DNA from: an uncultured Chloroflexia bacterium
Lineage (GTDB): Bacteria; Chloroflexota; Limnocylindria; Limnocylindrales; CSP1-4
Length of the DNA stretch: 64,000 nt
NCBI GenBank assembly: GCA_963748625.1
Contig: CAVVJT010000007.1
Span: 256,001-320,000 of the forward strand
Direction of reading: 5' to 3'
The translations under genes were made by a program, and so were the position numbers. Below are positions 39,446-46,976 of the stretch, in pieces; positions within the stretch are counted from its first letter, which is position 1; every line of letters begins with the position of its first letter. The notes below the pieces were generated by a model, which was not told the DNA's origin, made no database searches, and worked only from the letters and a program-made list of their open reading frames with translations.

Positions 39446-42157
39446 TCAGCCCCCGAACAGGGCGAGCTGGTCCCCCGTCCGCTCGATGACCGGGTCGAGT
39501 CCCAGCATGGGCTCCAGGTCGGCCAGGGAGATCTCCTCGCGGGCGGCCCAGTCCCGCACGTGGTTGGCCTTGACCAGGTGCCAGCCGCCGACGTCCATCT
39601 CGCGGCGCAGCAGGGGCGAGCGCTCCAGCTTGTGGCGCACCAGCTCCACGCGCTCGGGGAGGACGACGCACAAGCGGACAACCCGCTCGTCGGGGGGCAT
39701 GCGGCCGTGGCGGCGGAGGACCGGCTCGGACAGCATCGCCGTCCACTCGATCTCCCAGAGGAAGGCCATGCGCCCCCGGATGTACCAGACCACGTCGACG
39801 TCCTCGAGGTCGTCCGGCCGGACGCGACCCATGCCGGGTGGCCCCGAGATCTCACGGTCCGACAGGCGGTCTGCCAGGGGCCAGCCGTCCACGCGCCGGC
39901 CCTGCTGGCGCCCGGCGATCCAGCATTGGAAGCCCAGCCGGTGCCCGAGATCCACGACACCGGCGATCAGGCGGCTGTGCTCCTCGCTGCGGCGGGCGAG
40001 ATCGTCCAGCGTGGCCAGGCGCTCCGGCGTGCTGGCCAGGCTCCGGTAGCTGTCGAGGCAGGAGCGGACGAGGGCTTCATCAGGGAGGTCAGGGCCCGTG
40101 AAGAGGCTCGCGACACGGTCGAGGAAGGCGGCCTCCGACAGCGGGCCGGCGGTGGACAGGAGGCTGAAGACGGCCCACTCGACACGGTCGGCGAGCGGCA
40201 CGGCAGCGAGGTCCGCGTCCGCGCGCTGGCCCAGCCACCAGCGGTCGTCGTCGAGGCGGACCAGGCGGCTGCCGTCCGCACCCGCGAGCGCCCCACGGAC
40301 GAGGGCGAGGATCCGGTCCACGTGGTCGGCCGTCGACGTTCGCGCGACGGGAGTGGCGGCGTCGTCCGGCGCGGCATCGCGCCCACCCTGCCCGGTGTCA
40401 CCCGCGCCGTCGCCCGCAGCGGACTCCGGGGGACGCACGAGCCGGCGCAGATGACCGGCGCGGTCCAGGCCCACCAGGATCTCCCCCAGCAGCCCGCTGA
40501 AGCTCACCGGCTCGCCGCGCAGCTTGAGGACGTCCACCGTCGCGTCCACCACGGCGCGCTCTGCGTCGGCCGCGGAGAACGGTGCGGCCGGCCGGTGCTC
40601 CGGCACGGAGAAGATGCGATCGGATGGTGCGAGGTCCGGGTCGCCGGCCCCACCTGGCACCGGCGGCAGCACGACGTTGGCCCGCGTGCGCGGTCCACGC
40701 GGGATGGCCCCGGACCCTGGCGGGACCAGCTCGACCGCACCCCCGGTGTCGCGCCCGGCCTCGGGCAGGCGAGCACCGGCCAGGCGGTACCCGGCCGTCA
40801 CGCCCCCGAGTGCGCAGGCCACGAGCGACTCATGGCCCTCACCCTCGAGCATGAACACGATCCGCGCGTCACGGGCGAGCACGGGCTCGACGGCGCGGAG
40901 CGAGCGGGTGACGGAGGCCGCCTGCCAGGACCACCCGGCGCGGACCGACGGCCCGAAGACAGGCTCCAGGGGCAGCGTGGCGGCGGCATCCCGGCCGAGC
41001 ACCCAGGCCGTCCCGTGGTACGCCCAGGCGATCCGTTCGGCGGTCGGGTGCATGGGCGGCGTGCCCAGCACCAGGCGGATCCGGGGCCGGATCCCGGCGG
41101 TGCCCAGGTGGCGCGCCTCCACCGCGAGCGCGGTCAGCGCCGCCCCTGTCCCCTGCTTGAGGACCGCGGTCGCCGCACCCTCGGCAAGGCTGCGCAGGTC
41201 GTCGCCGAGGCGGGCAGGCACCGGGCCCCACGCGCCGCTCTCGAGACGCTGGACGAAGCCGCGGACCATGCGCACGCCGTCCTCGAAGGCCAGCCACGGG
41301 TTGCGTTCGCGCCATTGCGCGTTGCCGGGCAGCTTGACGTGGCCGGCTGTGATCTTGAGCGGTGCCACGCGGCCGGCCGATGTCGCCAGCCGGGTCGCGG
41401 GCAGCAGGGCATGGAGCAAGGCGAGGCGGAGCGCCGCCGAGATCGACGCTGCCCGCAGGTCGCCCTCGATCCGCTCCAGGATCGCGACCAGCGACGCCAG
41501 CTGGCGCGTCGTGTGGAGATCGAGCAGCTCGTCGGGGAGGGCCTCGCCGCCCTCGAGGACCGGGAAGCGGTCACGCAGCCCGGCGCGCACCTCCGAGCCG
41601 TCGGGATCCGCGGCACGGGCGATGTCTGTCGCATCCACCGGCGCCTGGCGCTGCTCGCCGCCGCCGAGCTGGTCACGGCAGACGGGACAGCGGTAGTGCT
41701 TGCGGATGGGGCGTGGGCCCGCGGGACGACCGTCCTCGTCGGTGGACTCGACCGCCCATGTGACCTCGTCGAGGATGACAGCTCGCCCGCAGGTGGCGCA
41801 ATGGCTGGCATACCGGTCCGTGATCGATGCCTTGAGGCTCGACTCACGGCGGGCCGACGCGGCGATGGCCTGGACGGCGGCGTCAAGGTGGCGCAGGTCC
41901 GGCGGGCGCAGGACGACCTCGGCCAGGAGGCGATCGAGCGGCGTGGTCTCAAGCGTGACGGCGGTCCGCTGGTGGTCGATGGCGGATCGCGCGATCCATC
42001 CGCCACGGCCGAACAGGTCGAGGACGATGTCGCCGGGGGACGAGGATGCCTCGAGGCGCGCGGCCACCAGCGCCGGCGCTGGGGGCGGGGCGAACCGCTC
42101 GTAGGCCGGCAGGCTGAACCCGGGTTCGGCGCGGAGGAGCAGGGCGCGACCAGCCAT
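39446..42157 (-). CDS. Degenerate Zn-ribbon adenine-DNA-methyltransferase-like protein with a C-terminal PD-(D/E)xK-like domain
   Basis: PGDIVLDLFGRGG (altered motif I), CATC/CPVC Zn ribbon, LVLGTPPM in place of DPPY, DVDVVW...WEIE. Confidence 0.7.
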   Translation of the reverse strand: MAGRALLLRAEPGFSLPAYERFAPPPAPALVAARLEASSSPGDIVLDLFGRGGWIARSAIDHQRTAVTLETTPLDRLLAEVVLRPPDLRHLDAAVQAIAASARRESSLKASITDRYASHCATCGRAVILDEVTWAVESTDEDGRPAGPRPIRKHYRCPVCRDQLGGGEQRQAPVDATDIARAADPDGSEVRAGLRDRFPVLEGGEALPDELLDLHTTRQLASLVAILERIEGDLRAASISAALRLALLHALLPATRLATSAGRVAPLKITAGHVKLPGNAQWRERNPWLAFEDGVRMVRGFVQRLESGAWGPVPARLGDDLRSLAEGAATAVLKQGTGAALTALAVEARHLGTAGIRPRIRLVLGTPPMHPTAERIAWAYHGTAWVLGRDAAATLPLEPVFGPSVRAGWSWQAASVTRSLRAVEPVLARDARIVFMLEGEGHESLVACALGGVTAGYRLAGARLPEAGRDTGGAVELVPPGSGAIPRGPRTRANVVLPPVPGGAGDPDLAPSDRIFSVPEHRPAAPFSAADAERAVVDATVDVLKLRGEPVSFSGLLGEILVGLDRAGHLRRLVRPPESAAGDGAGDTGQGGRDAAPDDAATPVARTSTADHVDRILALVRGALAGADGSRLVRLDDDRWWLGQRADADLAAVPLADRVEWAVFSLLSTAGPLSEAAFLDRVASLFTGPDLPDEALVRSCLDSYRSLASTPERLATLDDLARRSEEHSRLIAGVVDLGHRLGFQCWIAGRQQGRRVDGWPLADRLSDREISGPPGMGRVRPDDLEDVDVVWYIRGRMAFLWEIEWTAMLSEPVLRRHGRMPPDERVVRLCVVLPERVELVRHKLERSPLLRREMDVGGWHLVKANHVRDWAAREEISLADLEPMLGLDPVIERTGDQLALFGG

Positions 42158-42241
42158 GGGACCCAGATTGTGGCAGAGGCGGCGGCCGGACGCGAGCAGC
42201 CCGATGGCGGGGCCCGGAGGAGTGCCGGATCCCGGAACGAC

Positions 42242-42269
42242 GAAACCCGGCGCCTGGGCGCCGGGTTTC
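42242..42269. terminator. Perfect hairpin, probable intrinsic terminator after the TPR gene
   Basis: GAAACCCGGCGCC-TG-GGCGCCGGGTTTC. Confidence 0.75.
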
Positions 42270-42290
42270 CATCTCGGTGAATGCCGGGGC

Positions 42291-43148
42291 TTACGCCTCG
42301 TCGAGGTCGTCGGTCTCCTCGACGAACGCCTCGTCGGTGGTCTCCTCCGGCGGCAGGACGCGGTCGAGGTTCTCGATCTCCTCGTCCTCGATGTCGTCCT
42401 CGAGATCCTCCTCGAGATCCTCGTCCTCGCGGACCAGGGTTCCCTTGGTGTAGGGCCGCAGGTCCGTGGACTTGGCCGCGGTGGGGAAGCTGACCTTCCC
42501 GTAGTTGCGCGGGTCCTGGTAGACCTCGCGGATGATCAGCCGGACGTCCTTGTCGCCGAGCGACGTGACCCCGGCCAGGTACTTGTTGCCGTCGGCGAGC
42601 AGCTTGAGCAGGCGGGCTGCAACGCGCGGTTCGACCACGCCGATCCGGATGCCGTTGCTGAACGCGATCAGGCGGTTGCCGTCCGGAACCATCTCGACGG
42701 CATCGCCCGGGTTGACCTGCGCAAGCTCGGCGGAGCGCGCGAGGTTCGTGAGATGGGCGAAGCCGGTCTTGCCGGTCTCCTCCACGAAGATGCTGACCGG
42801 TGCCTTGGACCCGGGCTTGGCGGCGACCGTCTTCTCACCGGCCTCCACGATCAGGACCTTGAGCCGGTCGATGTTGCGCTCGGCGATCCGGTTGGTGGGA
42901 TCGATGGCGAGCGCCTTCTGGTAGTGCTCGCGTGCGTCGCCCAACTCGCCCAGCTCCCAGAGTGCCTTGGCCAGGCGGTTCTCGGACTCGGAGTCCGGGC
43001 CGAACTCCAGCAGGCGGCGGTTGGTCTCGGCCGCGTCCGCCCAGCGGGCGGCGGTCGCGTGGGCGATCGCCTGCTCCACGAGCTGCCGCTTCAGGCGGGT
43101 CTGGCCTGCGGGCGTCTGCGCGGCGGCGTCGATCTCGGGGAAGGTCAC
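42291..43148 (-). CDS. TPR protein with a C-terminal HIRAN-like beta domain and acidic tail
   Basis: AAAGGA RBS and GTG; TPR RLAKALWELGELGDAREHYQKALAIDP; C-domain VNPGDAVEM...RIGVVEPRVAARLLKLL...YLAGVTS...VRLII; D/E tail. Confidence 0.8.
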   Translation of the reverse strand: MTFPEIDAAAQTPAGQTRLKRQLVEQAIAHATAARWADAAETNRRLLEFGPDSESENRLAKALWELGELGDAREHYQKALAIDPTNRIAERNIDRLKVLIVEAGEKTVAAKPGSKAPVSIFVEETGKTGFAHLTNLARSAELAQVNPGDAVEMVPDGNRLIAFSNGIRIGVVEPRVAARLLKLLADGNKYLAGVTSLGDKDVRLIIREVYQDPRNYGKVSFPTAAKSTDLRPYTKGTLVREDEDLEEDLEDDIEDEEIENLDRVLPPEETTDEAFVEETDDLDEA

Positions 43149-43242
43149 GTGGAGGTCGTCCTTTCGGTCCATCGGAGTCGCGTCGGGCCGGGGGCGGGTC
43201 GTGCGGACACACCGAACCCAAGGACCGGGTCGCGAGCACATG

Positions 43243-43271
43243 TTTCTAGCACCGGGCGGGCGCCGCGTCAA
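43243..43271 (-). promoter_or_regulatory. Sigma70-type promoter of the TPR gene
   Basis: TTGACG (43271-43266), 17 nt, TAGAAA (43248-43243), with an extended TG. Confidence 0.6.
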
Positions 43272-43278
43272 ACCCGCC

Positions 43279-43391
43279 GCGTCTGACCCGCCGTGCAGGG
43301 CGTCAGCGTCTGACCCGCCGTGCAGGGCGTCAGCGTCTGACCCGCCGTGCAGGGCGTCAGCGTCTGACCCGCCGTGCAGGGCGTCAGCGTC
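43279..43391. repeat. Perfect 27-bp tandem repeat, 4.2 copies
   Basis: GCGTCTGACCCGCCGTGCAGGGCGTCA x4 plus GCGTC, with no spacers. Confidence 0.95.
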
Positions 43392-43480
43392 CCGCACCGC
43401 TTGGGCGGACCGCCTGGTCGGGCCGCGGGTTGGGCCGCGGGGCCGCGGGTTGGGCCGCGGGGGCCCACGTCCCGCCCAGC

Positions 43481-43606
43481 GGGCACTGCGTGCGGAAGTT
43501 AGTGCACTCGGCCCGCCTGGCGGCAGGTTGCCCCGGCGACGAACCGGGATCGGGCGTTGCAGCCCGCGTGGCGGGAAGGCTGCGCGGAACCCTGCACGCA
43601 AGGCCC
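43481..43606. ncRNA. Candidate structured RNA element (~126 nt)
   Basis: Closing stem GGGC-ac-TGCGTGCGG / CTGCACGCA-ag-GCCC, further GTT/AAC and GTGCA/TGCGC pairing, and internal hairpins; strand unresolved. Confidence 0.35.
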
Positions 43607-43658
43607 GTCCGGCGGGAGGCGGCCAGACCTGCTGGTGGACCCGTCCGGCGGGAGGCGG
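43604..43658. repeat. 19-bp direct repeat pair separated by 17 nt
   Basis: CCCGTCCGGCGGGAGGCGG at 43604-43622 and 43640-43658. Confidence 0.85.
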
Positions 43659-43701
43659 TGGCGTGAAGGGGCGGGCCTGCAGTCTCGGGACCCTGGCGCC
43701 G

Positions 43702-44520
43702 CTACGCCCCCACTTGCATGTTCCAGGCGACCACCACGACCGCCAGCGCCGCGAGCAGGATCGTCTCCCACAGGAACCGCGGCTCGCGGCGACGCGCCGG
43801 AGCACTCGCGTGGAGCGCGTCCCAGAGGTAGAACACCAGGGTCAGCGCCGCCGGCCCGACCAGCCGGGGCACGTTCATCGCCCGGATCGCCCCGGCCGCC
43901 ACGGCGATCACGATCGCGTACGTGAGCGCCGAACGTGCGGCGTCCCGGGCGCTCCCGTAACGCAGGGACGCGACGCGGTACCCGAGCAGCATCGCGATCA
44001 GCGCATCGTCGAGCGCGAGGATGATCAGCCAGCCATCGGTCAGCGAGGTGGGCGTGGAGGCGGTGCCCGGCTCCGGCAATCCGCCCGGGACAAGGGCCGC
44101 CATGCCCGAGAAGGCGACGAACGCCGCGACCACCGCCGTCGCCATCACCTTGGTTCGATCGCTGTCGGTGACGCCCGTGGCCTGCGTGAGCAGCCGCAGC
44201 TCCAGGTCCAGGATTCGGTCCAGCGCGATGGCGAACACTGCCAGCACGGGCACCAGCATCAGGCCCACAGGCACCAGCTGGATGGCGGCAGCCGCTCCGC
44301 CGGTCAGGACGGCCGGGATCAGCAGGGACTCGTACGGGCGCCCGGGCCGCTCGTCCGTCCGCAGCACCGCGGCCCCGGCAACCAGCACCACGACGGGCAT
44401 GAGGCCCGCAACAAGGAACGCGTCGGCGCGCTCCACGAGCCGCGCGAGGAGCACCAGGACGACCGCCACGAGCACGAGCTCACGGCGCGCCAGGTCCATG
44501 GAGGGGTCGCGCGGGGTCAT
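43702..44520 (-). CDS. Polytopic membrane protein, unknown function
   Basis: About 9 hydrophobic segments, GC3-biased codons, leaderless-type TACCAT-7nt-ATG start. Confidence 0.8.
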   Translation of the reverse strand: MTPRDPSMDLARRELVLVAVVLVLLARLVERADAFLVAGLMPVVVLVAGAAVLRTDERPGRPYESLLIPAVLTGGAAAAIQLVPVGLMLVPVLAVFAIALDRILDLELRLLTQATGVTDSDRTKVMATAVVAAFVAFSGMAALVPGGLPEPGTASTPTSLTDGWLIILALDDALIAMLLGYRVASLRYGSARDAARSALTYAIVIAVAAGAIRAMNVPRLVGPAALTLVFYLWDALHASAPARRREPRFLWETILLAALAVVVVAWNMQVGA

Positions 44521-44589
44521 CGGCGGGATGGTACGTCGCCCGGCCCCGGGAGGGTGGTTCCAGCGGGGAGGGCGGAGAGGGCGCCTTCG

Positions 44590-44629
44590 GCCGGGACCGT
44601 GGCGACTGCCGGGACCGTGGCGACTGCCG
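44590..44629. repeat. 18-bp tandem duplication (intergenic)
   Basis: GCCGGGACCGTGGCGACT x2 plus GCCG. Confidence 0.8.
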
Positions 44630-44650
44630 CGACCAGGGCGCGCGGCCCGC

Positions 44651-46508
44651 TCACACGCGGGACGGCTTGGCGGCCACCCACGCCAGCAGCTCGGCCAGCG
44701 GTCGGGCGTTCAGCACGTGCCTCGGCTCCACCCATGCCCGCCGTGCCTGGTCCACGCCCCAGCGCAGGTGGTCGAGCTCCTCGACCCGGTGCGCGTCGGA
44801 GTCGATCGCGACAAGGCACCCGGCCTCGATCGCCCGACGGGCCCGCTCCGGCGCCAGGTCCAGCCTGGGCGGCGACCCGTTGATCTCCAGCGCCGTGCCC
44901 GAGCGTGCGGCCGCCTCGATGACCGCGTCCCAGTCAAGGTCCAGGTCGTCCCGCTGGCCGATGATCCGCCCGGCCGGGTGCGCGATCACGTCCACGTGCG
45001 GACTGCGGATCGCGTTGAGCGTGCGCCGGGTCAGGTCGGCCCGGGACTGCCGGCGCGCGACGTGGACCGAGGCGACCACCAGGTCGAACTGCTCGAGCAG
45101 GTCGTCCTCGTAGTCGAGCGTGCCGTCCGCCCGGACCTCCAGCTCGCAGCCGTGGAGCAGCCGGAACCCGCCCGGGTGCGCGCCCTCGGGCATCGAACCC
45201 GCCGCCTCCTCCGCAGCGTACCGCGCGTTGAGCGCGGCGATGATCGAGCGCTGCTGCTCAACGCGGTCGGGGAACAGGCCCTTGGCGATGGCCAGGCTCT
45301 GCGAGTGGTCGGTGAGGACCTGGTAGGCATGGCCGCGACGCCGGGCGGTCTCGGCCATGACCTCGATCGGGTGGACGCCGTCGCTCCAGTCGGAGTGGCT
45401 GTGCAGGTCGCCGCGCAGGTCGTCGGGCGTGACCAGCGTCGGAAGGGCGCCGGACCTCGCCGCCTCCACCTCGCCCCGGTCCTCACGCAGCTCGGGCGGC
45501 ACGAACGCGAGGTCCAGGAACGCGTAGGCCGCGGCCTCGTCGGGGAAGGTCCGCAGCTCGGCGGCGTCGCCGTCCGCCGGCTGGCCATCGGCATCGAGGC
45601 GCAGGAAGCCCTTCTCCGACAGGGACCAGCCGCGGTCGCGCGCGATCCCGCGGAGCGCGCACGTTGTGCTCCTTGGAGCCGGTGAAGTGCACGAGGTACG
45701 TGCCGGCCTCACCGGGCGGCATGACCATCAGGTCCACCTGCGGCCCGCCGCGCAGGGTGACGCTCGCTTTCGCGTGCCCCGCACCCAGGACGCGCTCGAC
45801 CGCGCCCAGACCCGTGAAGCGCGCGATCACGTCGTCGGGCCGGTCGGTCTCGACCAGCAGGTCCAGGTCGCCCACCGTCTCGCGCCGCCGCCGCAGCGAC
45901 CCCGCCTGCACGATCCGGCGCACGCCCGGCGTGTCGGCCAGCGCGGCGACGAGGTCGTCCGAGATCGCCTGCGCCCGGTCGATGTACATCCGGTCCGGGC
46001 GCGACTCCAGTTGCGCGATCCCCTCGAGGATCCGCTGCTCGGTGCCCGCGGAGATCCCCTTCAGCCGCCGGAGCGCGCCCGCCTCCGCCGCGGTGCGCAG
46101 GTCGGCCAGCGTGGCGATGCCGGCGTCTTCCCAGATCGCGCGCACGGTCTTGGGGCCGACGCCGGGGATCGCGAGCATCTCCACGACCGATGCCGGGACC
46201 TCGGTGCGGAGCCGGTCGTAGACGGCCATGTGCCCCGTGGTGGCGAGCTCGACGATCTTGTCGCTGATGGCCTTGCCGACACCGGGAATGGGCCGCCGGT
46301 CGCCCGCCGCGTACGCCTCGGCTACGTCGAAGGGGGCGTGCGCGATCGCGTCGGCGGCGCGGTGGTAGGCGACCGTCTTGAACGGGATCTCGCCCTTGAC
46401 CTCGAGGATGTCCCCGATCTCGTGGAAGATGCGCGCGAGATCGCCGTTGGTGAAGGTGGGCGGGCCGTCGGCCGGATCGAGTCCGCGGGGGTCGTCGGTG
46501 AGCGGCAT
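44651..46508 (-). CDS. polX: DNA polymerase X / PHP 3'-5' exonuclease fusion (apparent single-base frameshift near 45658)
   Basis: HhH IPGVG, GSLRRRRETVGDLD, VDL and HFTGSKEHN are in one frame; PPELRE, DLHSHSDWSDG, TDHS and DSDAH continue in the next frame. Confidence 0.93.
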
Positions 46509-46561
46509 GGCCCACATGGTACGGGGCTGCGCGGTCGCCGAAGGCCAGGCGGCCCCGGAGG

Positions 46562-46633
46562 GCGCTGTCAGGCGGCCAACGCCGTCAGGCGGCCGCGCTG
46601 TCAGGCGGCCAGCGCTGTCAGGCGGCCAGCGCC
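46562..46633. repeat. 17-bp imperfect tandem repeat, ~4 copies, upstream of polX
   Basis: GCGCTGTCAGGCGGCCA x3 plus one variant copy, ACGCCGTCAGGCGGCC. Confidence 0.85.
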
Positions 46634-46637
46634 TGAC

Positions 46638-46976
46638 CTAGTGTCCCGATTCGCCCGTCGCTGGCGGCTTGCGTAGGACCGCCGCTCCGGGTCCTGTCTC
46701 CGTCCGGGTCCTGTCTCCGTCCGGCTGGCGCGCCGGACGGCCACACGGTGCGGCCGGAGCGCTCGATGCGCGGCTGGTGCGCAGGTCGTGCCCTCGGGAC
46801 CCTGCCGGAGCGCATGGACGGCGCACCGGGCGCACATCCCGCGACGTCACCGCTCCGTGTGCGCGCCGGGTGCGCACGGCAGCAGCCGTCGTGGGCGACG
46901 CCCGGTGATGCCCCTTCCGATCAGCGGCACGGGCACGCAGGGGTATCCGCCAGCCATTGGCGGCAGGAGACACTAG
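46638..46976. mobile_element. MITE-like non-autonomous element with CTAG ends
   Basis: Left end CTAGTGTC-N14-GCTGGCGG; the right end is its inverse (CCGCCAGC-N14-GACACTAG). The right CTAG overlaps the GGDEF stop codon. Internal 17-bp duplication (46686-46724) and long hairpin (~46821-46876); no transposase. Confidence 0.6.

Noticed and set aside
39446-42157. Functional restriction-modification system
   Set aside because: The MTase catalytic motifs are degenerate and there are no companion subunits; kept only as a pseudo-enzyme hypothesis.
39311-42280. 989-aa plus-strand ORF and other long antisense ORFs (e.g. 226-1170, 3517-6174, 32689-34974, 48084-50453)
   Set aside because: These are shadow frames of real high-GC3 genes on the opposite strand, with no recognisable motifs.
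43279-43658. CRISPR array
   Set aside because: The 27-bp units are contiguous with no spacers, the 19-bp repeat has only two copies, and no cas genes are in the window.
43149-43805. Long N-terminal extension of the TPR ORF with DADALHGGS repeats
   Set aside because: A promoter (43243-43271) and RBS sit just before the GTG at 43148; the peptide repeat is only the translated 27-bp DNA repeat.
44651-46517. Separate PolX and PHP genes, or a programmed frameshift
   Set aside because: The break falls inside the conserved HN-x-x-LR segment, has no slippery sequence, and matches other single-base indels in the window.
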